A stretch of DNA of 38,616 bases. Origin: a virus (Duplodnaviria; Caudoviricetes). Each line of letters begins with the position of its first letter. Position 1 is the first letter of the stretch. Shown in pieces: positions 8,415 to 15,977 of the stretch. The notes beneath the pieces were generated by a model. The model was not told the DNA's origin and searched no databases. It saw only the letters and a list, made by a program, of their open reading frames with translations. Made by a program: the position numbers and the translations under genes. The stretch lies in the IMG/VR virus record IMGVR_UViG_3300028588_000049, positions 1 to 38,616 of that record. One strand, written 5' to 3'.

Positions 8415-8519
8415 TTAAAAGCCAAAAACGTAGGTGCGCAGTGCACGCGCTACCGCCTTGCGTGGGCCGAAGCCGGCGCGCAGGCTCAATCGATACTGGT
8501 TGCGGAAATGGCGGATCAC
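8415..8519 (-). CDS. Small basic phage protein (34 aa, not in ORF track)
   Basis: GTG-start MIRHFRNQYRLSLRAGFGPRKAVARALRTYVFGF* fills the gap exactly; alternative GTG at 8525 overlaps the upstream TGA. Confidence 0.55.
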   Translation of the reverse strand: MIRHFRNQYRLSLRAGFGPRKAVARALRTYVFGF

Positions 8520-8521
8520 GA

Positions 8522-8743
8522 TCACCACCCCGCGATCTGGCGGCGCTGCAGTTCGATCTGCACCTGGCGGCGATGCTCGGCAGCGATCAGGCGCGCGGCC
8601 TCAAAGCGGACGGCTTCGAAGTACTCGATGTTGCCGTCGGATGTGGCCAGCTGGACGGCGGCGATGCGCAGACGCAGCGGCTTCATCAGCTTGCGCACCA
8701 GGCGGCGTGCGACGCGGTAAATAGGTTTGGTGGCAATGCTCAT
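8522..8743 (-). CDS. Small basic phage early protein
   Basis: AAGGAG SD before ATG 8743; 73 aa MSIATKPIYRVARR... Confidence 0.7.
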   Translation of the reverse strand: MSIATKPIYRVARRLVRKLMKPLRLRIAAVQLATSDGNIEYFEAVRFEAARLIAAEHRRQVQIELQRRQIAGW

Positions 8744-8944
8744 CCCTGCTCTCCTTCGTTGGCGCCGGCGCGGCCGGCTTCGGTATTGGGTGTTCCGGCT
8801 TTGTCGATGTCCGGCATCGGCCTGTGCGCCCCAGGCTGGCGGCACCTGACGTAGTGCGAACGGGGCATGCGCTGATCCCACAGTCCCTGTTTTTTGAGCC
8901 GGGCCTGCCAAGGCGCGCTTTACCGGGCGCGCCGCACGTTCGGT

Positions 8945-9289
8945 TCAGGCGGCGATGCTGTCGAGGTAGCGGTCGATGCGGTCGGCGGTCGATATCTCGC
9001 GGTTCTCGCGCTCGGTCGCAGCTAGCTCGAGCTCGGCCATCGCCTCCGCTTCAGTCCAGATTAGGTCGGTGATGACGCCCTGCAGGCTGTTGGTGCCGGC
9101 GAGCGATTCGAGGATCAGGGTAGACAGCGCTTGGTCGTCGGTGAGGTATTCGGCCAGGCAGTCGCGGATCAGCTTCGATGCTTTTGGCTTGTCAGCGCGA
9201 ACAGCGGCCAGCAGGCCGGCTGACTTCTGGTGGGTCAGGTCGATCAGCGCCTTCGAGCGCAATTCTTCAGGTGAGGCGGTGCGGTGCAT
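8945..9289 (-). CDS. First gene of PL operon, hypothetical protein
   Basis: GGAG SD before ATG 9289; 114 aa; about 50 nt downstream of the PL -10. Confidence 0.75.
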   Translation of the reverse strand: MHRTASPEELRSKALIDLTHQKSAGLLAAVRADKPKASKLIRDCLAEYLTDDQALSTLILESLAGTNSLQGVITDLIWTEAEAMAELELAATERENREISTADRIDRYLDSIAA

Positions 9290-9341
9290 GCTCTTCTCCA
9301 GTCGGCTGCTCGGCGAGTGCTGAGCAGGTTTCGATAGAGCC

Positions 9342-9382
9342 ACTTTAGCGTCTACTAAATCTGACGTCAAGCATTCACTAAA
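9342..9382 (-). promoter_or_regulatory. PL promoter with operators OL1/OL2
   Basis: - strand TTGACG (9365-9370), 17 bp, TAAAGT (9342-9347); TTTAG-CGTCTA-CTAAA at 9344-9359 and TCAAG-CATTCA-CTAAA at 9367-9382. Confidence 0.85.
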
Positions 9383-9442
9383 CTTTTGTTTGAAAATAGT
9401 CTTTCCCGAGTTATCTTGAGCAGCCGGTCCAAGCTGCTGACG

Positions 9443-9465
9443 AAAAAAAGCCCGCTAGTGCGGGC
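9443..9465 (-). terminator. Intrinsic terminator ending the cI-dinD region
   Basis: GCCCGC-N4-GCGGGC stem followed by T7 on the - strand. Confidence 0.75.
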
Positions 9466-9606
9466 AAGGGGGGGATAGAACGAACTTGGTAAAAAACAGC
9501 TAGCGACCGCAGCGAGAGCTGATGATCGCTACTCGTACAAGTTTGACGCTGGCGAGTGGGTTACTGTCGTTGGCGACTGTTGCCTGGATTTCTGACAATT
9601 CTCACT

Positions 9607-10608
9607 CTACTCGATTTCAGGAGGAGTTGATTTGGAAAGTCGGCGCCGCACCTTGTCGATGTCCTCTGCTGCCTCCAGCCTCTCAGGCATTGTTCCACCA
9701 ATGTCCTGAATTGCCTTTCGCACTTGCCTGCCAACTTGGTAGTGAGCCGCGTTTGCGTTCGCTTTTCCCTGAACTCGTTCCCGACGCAACTTGTCTTCAG
9801 TTTGCGTAGCGCGAAAAAGATTCGCAGCCAGTTCAGTGCTGCCCATGTGATTAAGGATATTGGCTTTTGTCGGCAAACCCTTTGCCGATTGAATTCCGCG
9901 ACGGTCGAGTCCGCCGTAGAGTCCTTCATAGCCTTTATTCTGGAAAACTGCGAAATCCAAGGGATCTTGCACACCCGACTGCTTCGCAGCAGAGACGAGT
10001 TTCTTATTGTGGAGACTCATTTCGTCTCGCAGCATCACTCGCCGCTGCTCTTCTGACAAAACCGGCTGCGAGATGTGATCTTCTAATTCTTGCCGACGAG
10101 TTTGAACAGCGAAGTAGGTTTGAGCAAATGCGACCTGCTTTTTTTTAGAGTCGCCGTTTTGCGCAATTAGATAAGCGCCGTAACGGGTAACGTGCACATC
10201 TTTAATCGACCGCTCCGCTCCTGACCCAATCGCCACCATCTTACTGACGTCGGAAAAATGGTCGCCGACGACCTGCCCACTCTGATGACACGATATTTGC
10301 GCCTTGACGACAACGCGCTCAAAATTCTTCCAGTTATCCCCATAGCCGAGCAAAGACATTAGCTGTCTTGCGCTCCAGTATTCAACGTTATTATCATATT
10401 GAACAGCCTCCTCGAACGCCGTGATTAGCTCTTCAACTGTTCCTCCATACGGCTCAGACGGCTCAGAAATCTGCACCGCTGAATGCTCTGCTTCCATCGG
10501 TTGCGCAGTTTGGACTGGTGCTTTTCCCGACAATATTCTTCTCATCTCGGCGAGTTTAGAACGAGCGTAGTCCTTGTCAATTGGTTTATCACCTGTTTCG
10601 TCTGCCAT
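9607..10608 (-). CDS. dinD: DNA damage-inducible protein D family (BRO-N-like domain)
   Basis: EYWSARQLMSLLGY..WKNF, TRYGAYLIAQNGDSKK..VAFAQTYFAVQTRRQE, GLYGGL, HMGSTELAANLFRATQTEDKLRR, IGGTMPE; lower GC. Confidence 0.92.
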   Translation of the reverse strand: MADETGDKPIDKDYARSKLAEMRRILSGKAPVQTAQPMEAEHSAVQISEPSEPYGGTVEELITAFEEAVQYDNNVEYWSARQLMSLLGYGDNWKNFERVVVKAQISCHQSGQVVGDHFSDVSKMVAIGSGAERSIKDVHVTRYGAYLIAQNGDSKKKQVAFAQTYFAVQTRRQELEDHISQPVLSEEQRRVMLRDEMSLHNKKLVSAAKQSGVQDPLDFAVFQNKGYEGLYGGLDRRGIQSAKGLPTKANILNHMGSTELAANLFRATQTEDKLRRERVQGKANANAAHYQVGRQVRKAIQDIGGTMPERLEAAEDIDKVRRRLSKSTPPEIE

Positions 10609-10622
10609 ATATCTCCCGCTAT

Positions 10623-10646
10623 AAAAAACCCCACTTTGGCGGGGCT
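10623..10646 (-). terminator. Intrinsic terminator between the secreted-protein gene and dinD
   Basis: GCCCCGC-CAAA-GTGGGGT then T-tract on the - strand. Confidence 0.6.
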
Positions 10647-10652
10647 ACACTT

Positions 10653-11009
10653 TCAATAACCGCGAAGTGGTACCAAGTGACTTTGGCTTGCTGGCAGAGG
10701 CGCAGACTGGCCGTAGGGATTGGGCACCGTTGTCCGCTGCGGATAGGTAGACGAATCCGTTGACTGCACAGGACGCGGTGACGAATAGCCATAATTGCTC
10801 TCTGGCTCTTTCGTACCTTCCTTCCCGGTATAAGGATTCACGTTCCCCTTGGTGCTGTAGTTGTCCATGCGGGTGTTGTTCGCAGAGGATCGATAGTGCG
10901 GGGCCACGTAGGTTCCATCCTTCTTGGTATAACCTTGGACACTGGTTTGCGCCACAGCTGAAGCGGCCCCGATCGCAAGAAACACGGCGAATATTGCTTT
11001 AATTTTCAT
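10653..11009 (-). CDS. Secreted hypothetical protein (GYTKKDGTYVAPHYRS...DNYSTKGNVNPYTG family)
   Basis: Signal peptide MKIKAIFAVFLAIGAASAVA; widespread conserved motif of unknown function; start set at ATG 11009. Confidence 0.82.
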   Translation of the reverse strand: MKIKAIFAVFLAIGAASAVAQTSVQGYTKKDGTYVAPHYRSSANNTRMDNYSTKGNVNPYTGKEGTKEPESNYGYSSPRPVQSTDSSTYPQRTTVPNPYGQSAPLPASQSHLVPLRGY

Positions 11010-11078
11010 ACCATCCCCTAATTCGGCAAAAGGCGTGCCGGCCACCACCCCGCGCCACCATGGGCGGGATTAACTGCA

Positions 11079-11318
11079 TTAGTTGTTCTTCCAAAGCTGA
11101 CCGCTAGCACCACAGTTTCGCTCAAGCCCTACCATTATTTCCTGTGCGGTATAACGCCTCAAGTTATAGCTGGCCACAGAATAATCCACGTATGCTCGAC
11201 AATTTGCTGGAAGGCCCGAGCTTCCGAAGATGGGCCTGTCGTTATCAACAGGCGCTACCGCATATCCGAAAATGAAGCCCATCAGTAAGAAGAAAGTTGG
11301 AAAGACGAATTTTTTCAT
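11079..11318 (-). CDS. Small membrane-anchored/exported protein with Cys pair
   Basis: 79 aa, MKK + hydrophobic segment, two Cys; AT-rich. Confidence 0.72.
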   Translation of the reverse strand: MKKFVFPTFFLLMGFIFGYAVAPVDNDRPIFGSSGLPANCRAYVDYSVASYNLRRYTAQEIMVGLERNCGASGQLWKNN

Positions 11319-11364
11319 TGTAGCGCCTTACCTAAGCCTAGTACGAGACTGAGCGAACATGACC

Positions 11365-11661
11365 TTATGTTTGCGCAGCTGATCCAGCAGTCGCGCTTAG
11401 GCCGAAGAAGAAACCAAGATAGTAGAAAAAGCCGGTATTTGGACGTCCGATTATTTCTACACTTCGTAAAAAGCTAACATCGAACAGAGAAAACATCCAA
11501 GATATAAGGTTGACACAAAACGCAATTGGAAAAATGAGGCCATGCCAAAAACCAGAAAAGAAACCATATGGATCACTAACCGCGCCCGACGTGTAATGGG
11601 CTGCGCAACCGGATATCGTTACTGTGGCGATAACTATCAAGACCAATGCGGATTTTTTCAT
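11365..11661 (-). CDS. Putative lipoprotein with two further hydrophobic segments
   Basis: MKK-hydrophobic-ISGC lipobox; GFFSGFWHGLIFP and YYLGFFFG segments; begins 3 nt after the cI stop. Confidence 0.78.
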   Translation of the reverse strand: MKKSALVLIVIATVTISGCAAHYTSGAVSDPYGFFSGFWHGLIFPIAFCVNLISWMFSLFDVSFLRSVEIIGRPNTGFFYYLGFFFGLSATAGSAAQT

Positions 11662-11664
11662 AAC

Positions 11665-12339
11665 CTAAATATGCGTGCTTTCTTTGCGAACCACCTTGCC
11701 GATAATTATGCACTCCGCTCCCTTACATGATTTTCGGTGATATTTCCGCTGATCTGAGTTATCGGACGTAAGCCACCACATGCCGGCGTCGCGCACCATG
11801 CGCTTCACCACCACTTCGCCTTCGTAATTCACCGCATATACCGTGCCGTCGACCAGTGCCTTATCGGCCGTGTTCACCACGATGACATCACCATCAAATA
11901 GGGCCGGCTCCATGCTCTCGCCACGCACAATTATCGCAAGCAGGTCCGAAATCACGAACCGCTCGCTACGGATCCATTCGGTCGGCACCCCCATCGTTTC
12001 TCCTTCGTGGTGCTCGGGCTCAACCTGGAAGCCGGTGATACCGGCTTGCACCTTTATCTGCACCTTCATGATCTGCGTCAGGCTCGCATCACCATCGCCA
12101 GCGGCATGCACGCGCTTCGCTCCAGGTGGTATTGGTGCCCGACTATCTTTCGACGTATTCACGTCACGGTCGAGAAATTTCTCGCCCATTTTGTAGTCGG
12201 CCTCAAGTCGACGTGCGACACGCTCGCCGAAGGAGCCGTTTGCCTTGAGCTGCGAAAAAAGACTGCGCTCCTTTACTGGCGTGCCGTTCTCGGCCACCCA
12301 GCGTCTCAAATTTTCCCTGCGAGTTTCGGTGATGTCCAT
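11665..12339 (-). CDS. cI: CI-type repressor, HTH + S24 autopeptidase
   Basis: RRENLRR..SFGERVARRLE HTH region, VQAG cleavage site, VRGESMEP (Ser), VVVKRM (Lys); divergent from cro; start set at ATG 12339. Confidence 0.93.
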   Translation of the reverse strand: MDITETRRENLRRWVAENGTPVKERSLFSQLKANGSFGERVARRLEADYKMGEKFLDRDVNTSKDSRAPIPPGAKRVHAAGDGDASLTQIMKVQIKVQAGITGFQVEPEHHEGETMGVPTEWIRSERFVISDLLAIIVRGESMEPALFDGDVIVVNTADKALVDGTVYAVNYEGEVVVKRMVRDAGMWWLTSDNSDQRKYHRKSCKGAECIIIGKVVRKESTHI

Positions 12340-12346
12340 TCGCAAT

Positions 12347-12404
12347 AGTTTAGGGTTTTCTAAATTAGTGTTCACTTGACTTTTGATTTAGCACTTACTA
12401 AACT
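12347..12404. promoter_or_regulatory. OR region: PR, PRM and three operators
   Basis: PR TTGACT (12376-12381), 17 bp, TAAACT (12399-12404); PRM -10 TAAACT on - strand (12347-12352); operators TTTAG-N6-CTAAA at 12349-12364 and 12387-12402, degenerate ATTAG-N6-CTTGA at 12364-12379. Confidence 0.88.
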
Positions 12405-12410
12405 GCGCCA

Positions 12411-12659
12411 ATGGACCTTAAAACCTACATCTCATCTGAACGCGGACGATCAGCGGCACTTGCTGCCGAACTGGGCGTCTCCCCTTCCTACCTCTCGCAA
12501 ATGGCGAATGGGATCGCTCCAATTTCGCCGGAGCGCTGCGTCGAGATCTGGCAGAAGACCGCTGGTGCGGTCACTCGCCAACACCTACGACCCGACGACT
12601 GGCATCGCATTTGGCCTGAACTGGTCGACCGGTCATCGCCACAACCCCAGCCGCAGTAA
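12411..12659 (+). CDS. cro: Cro-like HTH regulator (YdaS family)
   Basis: AALAAELGVSPSYLSQMANG HTH, VTRQHLRPDDWHRIWPEL; divergent from cI. Confidence 0.9.
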   Translation: MDLKTYISSERGRSAALAAELGVSPSYLSQMANGIAPISPERCVEIWQKTAGAVTRQHLRPDDWHRIWPELVDRSSPQPQPQ

Positions 12660-12757
12660 AGCTGCGGCTTTTCACGCCCCTGCAGTTGCCTGCCAGCTGC
12701 TGCCTACCCGAATTCCAGCAACACCCCTCGTAACCCGCACCACCAAGGAGAAAAACC

Positions 12758-13009
12758 GTGAGCCTCAACCCGAAGACCCGCACGCAAACCGTCGAAGTTC
12801 TGTTCAACCCAGCTGAGCTGTCCGGACTGGACAGCATCTGCCAGTCGTTCGGCATCGCGCGCAGTACGTTCCTGCGCGGCCTGAGCAACAACGCAGTACG
12901 CACGCATGGTACGAGCCAGACGCATCAACAGGAATCCCGACGTTGTCCGGGTCCCGGTCGAGCAGCTGGGCGCGCGCGCGGCGTCAACAACACGCGGAGG
13001 CATCTTTGA
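12758..13009 (+). CDS. Ribbon-helix-helix-like regulator in CII position
   Basis: RTQTVEVLFNPAEL..LD..C...GIARSTFLR pattern; AAGGAG SD. Confidence 0.62.
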   Translation: MSLNPKTRTQTVEVLFNPAELSGLDSICQSFGIARSTFLRGLSNNAVRTHGTSQTHQQESRRCPGPGRAAGRARGVNNTRRHL

Positions 13010-13085
13010 TGGGTTCCGACTGCGCCACGAGAAATCAACGAAGCAACGGCCTGATGCACCACCAAGGCCCGAAAGGAAATGAACG

Positions 13086-13283
13086 ATGGACAGACCAGCA
13101 CGTGGCCCCGATGCCTCGAAGCTGCTCGCGATGGCTGACAACGTCGTGATCCGCAACCGGGTCTTCAAGCGTGCGCGCCGAACCGACGATGAATCGCGGG
13201 AATACGGCCGCCTCAACAAAAGTATCAACGCCCTGGCAGAGACGGCTGAAAAGCTGCGCAAGGCCGGGACGGTGGGGGAATGA
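13086..13283 (+). CDS. Phage hypothetical protein
   Basis: 65 aa, AAGGA SD, coupled to the next ORF. Confidence 0.65.
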   Translation: MDRPARGPDASKLLAMADNVVIRNRVFKRARRTDDESREYGRLNKSINALAETAEKLRKAGTVGE

Positions 13284-13459
13284 TGGATCAAGCAATCATA
13301 TCGCTCGACATGATCCGCTCGAAAGCGCGCGCTGCGTTTGATCGCGGCGTGGGTCGTGACGGGCACAACTTCAACTGGCACTCGACGGAGACGATCGCGA
13401 TCTGGCAAGCCGAGTGGGATAAATGCGCGACTGAGCAGCGTGAGGCATCACCGCCATGA
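13280..13459 (+). CDS. Small phage protein (59 aa, not in ORF track)
   Basis: MMDQAIISLDMIRSKARAAFDRG..HNFNWHS..WQAEWD..; ATGA overlaps at both ends. Confidence 0.7.
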   Translation: MMDQAIISLDMIRSKARAAFDRGVGRDGHNFNWHSTETIAIWQAEWDKCATEQREASPP

Positions 13460-14520
13460 CAGCGCTCGACACTGGCGCACCACCCGCACCACTCACCCCG
13501 ATCGACTGCGACCTGCGCGACTTCGCCTTCATGCCGCTCGACGTCGTGCGCCTGCGCGACAGCGATCTGGCCGTGACCGCCGAGGCCGATGAGTTCCGCT
13601 GCGCCGTGCTGCTGTGGTGCGCATCCTGGCACCAAGTTCCGGCCGCAAGTCTTCCAGACGACGATAAGATCCTGGCCCAGTACGCCGGCTACGGCCGCGT
13701 CGTGAAGGAATGGCAAAAGGTGCGCACTGGCGCCCTCCGTGGCTGGGTGAAATGCGCGGATGGCCGCCTGTACCACCCAGTCGTCGCCGAGAAGGCCAGT
13801 GAAGCATGGCTAGCGAAACTGCGACAGCGCCTCAAAACTGAGTGCGCCCGCATCAAAAAACACAACGAACGACACGGGACAAGCATCCAGTTTCCCGAAT
13901 TTGAATCATGGCGTGATGCTGGTTGTCCTGTGGGACAGCCGTTATTTGTCCCTAGCGACAAGTCGCAGATGTCGCAGGGACAGCGCCCCAATGTCACTGG
14001 TGAAAACCACTCCAAGGGACAGGGAGAGGGACAGGGACAGTTAACTACTAAAAACAAATCATCGTCATCTCACCCACCAACACCGCGAGACGACGATTCC
14101 TCGTTTGGACCACCGCCTGGCCAAGCTGCGGATCCCACACGCGCTGAGCAGGTCAGGCAGCTGCTGCTGACCCAGGACATCGTAACGACCTCAGGAAACC
14201 CGTTCGTGATCGCCTGGTCGCAAGACCCGCAGGTCACGGATGAAGTGCTCACCGTCGCCATCGCCAAAGCCCGCAAGACCAAAGGCGCCGAGGAGATTGT
14301 GCCGAAGTACCTGGCCAAAACCATCGCAACCGTGCTCGACGAACAGAGCGCTCCAGTGCTGACAGGCTTGGCACCTGGTCGACCAGCACATGCCGCAACG
14401 CCGGCGCCGAACCGCAGGCCCAAAGGCAACGAGCCAAAAGGCACGGACGAGAGCTACGACGAGTGGCAGGCCCGGGTTGACGCCTACGAAGCCGCCAGGC
14501 GTAACGGCCAAGCCGCATGA
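13456..14520 (+). CDS. DUF1376 (YdaU-like) replication initiator candidate
   Basis: PLTPIDCDLRDFAFMPLDVVRLRDSDL, LWCASWHQVPAASLPDDD, DGRLYHPVVAE; O-gene position. Confidence 0.82.
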   Translation: MTALDTGAPPAPLTPIDCDLRDFAFMPLDVVRLRDSDLAVTAEADEFRCAVLLWCASWHQVPAASLPDDDKILAQYAGYGRVVKEWQKVRTGALRGWVKCADGRLYHPVVAEKASEAWLAKLRQRLKTECARIKKHNERHGTSIQFPEFESWRDAGCPVGQPLFVPSDKSQMSQGQRPNVTGENHSKGQGEGQGQLTTKNKSSSSHPPTPRDDDSSFGPPPGQAADPTRAEQVRQLLLTQDIVTTSGNPFVIAWSQDPQVTDEVLTVAIAKARKTKGAEEIVPKYLAKTIATVLDEQSAPVLTGLAPGRPAHAATPAPNRRPKGNEPKGTDESYDEWQARVDAYEAARRNGQAA

Positions 14521-14750
14521 CACGCGAGCACGATCCCTGCGGCATGTGCGACCGCTTCCCACCAGCAGCGTCCGTGAAAGAAGGGGCAACTGCACGCACC
14601 GGCTACTGCTCGGGATGGGAGAAGGACGTGCTGTCGACCAATCGGCCCTGCGTGCTGTTCAACGAGCGCGGGACGTGGGCAGCGAGGCAGAGGCAGCAGC
14701 GAATCAGCCGGGATCAGTTTCCTAGGGATCGCAAGGTAGCCAAGGTTTGA
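14517..14750 (+). CDS. Small Cys-rich (possible Zn-binding) protein
   Basis: CGMC...C...C; ATGA overlap with the initiator. Confidence 0.65.
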   Translation: MTREHDPCGMCDRFPPAASVKEGATARTGYCSGWEKDVLSTNRPCVLFNERGTWAARQRQQRISRDQFPRDRKVAKV

Positions 14751-14811
14751 CGACCGAGACCATTTCGCGCGCGAGAGCGCCGCAACAGCAAGACCATAGG
14801 AGAAAAGCAAC

Positions 14812-15369
14812 ATGACCACTATCGCCCCGAGCATTGGCCGCATCGTCTGGTACCGCGGGAAGGACGGCAATGTGCGCGCCGCCATTGTGACCCGCGTCCA
14901 TGGAGACTTTTGCCTGAACCTGTACGTGTTCGGGCTGGACGGCCTGGACGTCGACTGCTGCATGAAGGAGGACGTAACGCACGCGGATCCGGAGCAAGAA
15001 CCGGACTGCGTCCCGTCCTGGCACTGGATGCCGTACCAGGTCGAGCAGGCCAAGAAGCATGCCGCAAGCCTGGTGCCTCTGCCGGCAGGCGGTCCATTCA
15101 TCAACCTGACCTTCGGCGACGCTCTGGTCGCGCTGAAAGGCGGCGCCAAGGTCGCGCGCTCTGGTTGGAACGGCAAGGGCCTGTTCGTGTACTTGGTGCC
15201 TGCCGCGAGCTACGCAGCGCAAACCGGTGCCGCGAAGTCGTTCTTCGGCGACGGCGGCATGGTTCCGTACAGCGCGTATCTGGCCGTGAAGAATGTCGAC
15301 GACACCGTGAGTACCTGGGCGCCGAGCTGCAGCGATGCGCTGGCCGAGGACTGGCTGATCGTCCAATAA
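14812..15369 (+). CDS. Fusion: N-terminal phage beta-rich domain + DUF2829 (Tad2-like) domain
   Basis: C-terminal half TFGDALVALKGGAKVARSGWNGKGLFVYLV...PYSAYLAVK..W.PS.SD.LAEDW is the DUF2829 signature; AGGAG SD. Confidence 0.86.
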   Translation: MTTIAPSIGRIVWYRGKDGNVRAAIVTRVHGDFCLNLYVFGLDGLDVDCCMKEDVTHADPEQEPDCVPSWHWMPYQVEQAKKHAASLVPLPAGGPFINLTFGDALVALKGGAKVARSGWNGKGLFVYLVPAASYAAQTGAAKSFFGDGGMVPYSAYLAVKNVDDTVSTWAPSCSDALAEDWLIVQ

Positions 15370-15423
15370 CGCACCACGCCCGGCCGCGCGCCGGGCCACA
15401 ACAACGACAAGGAGAAGCACCAC

Positions 15424-15876
15424 ATGATCACCCTCACCCTGCCCTACCCGCTGTCGGCGAACCGCTACTGGCGCCCGGTGAAGCTGGGGCCCCGCATCAG
15501 CATCGTGCCCACCAAAGAAGCCAAGGCGTTCCGCGCTGAGATTGCCGCAGCGTGCCGCGACCAGGGCGTGCGTGCGCCCATCACGGGCCGCGTGCACGTC
15601 GATGTGAAGCTGTACCCAGGTCGACCGCTCGACTGGCAGAAGCGCATGCGCAAGGAAGGCGGCGCCTGGGACGACACCGTTCGCTGCATCGACATCGACA
15701 ACGCGAACAAGGTGCTGCTCGACGCACTCAAGGACGTGGCGATCGACGACGACAAGTGGGTGCGCAAGCTGACCAGCGAGCGCATGGAACCGGATGGCCA
15801 AGCGCGCGTGGTCGTGACGATCACGGCGATCGCCACGGTGCGGCCGCAAGCCGATCTGCTCGAGGAGGCCGCATGA
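15424..15876 (+). CDS. rusA: RusA family Holliday junction resolvase
   Basis: LPYPLSANRYWR, DIDNANKVLLDAL, IDDDKWV. Confidence 0.9.
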   Translation: MITLTLPYPLSANRYWRPVKLGPRISIVPTKEAKAFRAEIAAACRDQGVRAPITGRVHVDVKLYPGRPLDWQKRMRKEGGAWDDTVRCIDIDNANKVLLDALKDVAIDDDKWVRKLTSERMEPDGQARVVVTITAIATVRPQADLLEEAA

Positions 15877-15977
15877 TCGCCCTCGTCCTGTGGCTGGCCA
15901 TGTCGCTGCTGCTCGCATGCGTTGCCGGGCGCTTCATCGGCGTGGGTATGGGTGAGCCGGGGGAGCTGCTGCCTTGA
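15873..15977 (+). CDS. Small single-TM peptide (34 aa)
   Basis: GAGGAGG SD, ATGA overlap with rusA, MIALVLWLAMSLLLACVAGRFIG. Confidence 0.6.
   Translation: MIALVLWLAMSLLLACVAGRFIGVGMGEPGELLP

Noticed and set aside
10609-10700. LexA box upstream of dinD
   Set aside because: No CTGT-N8-ACAG found by eye; an intrinsic terminator occupies the region
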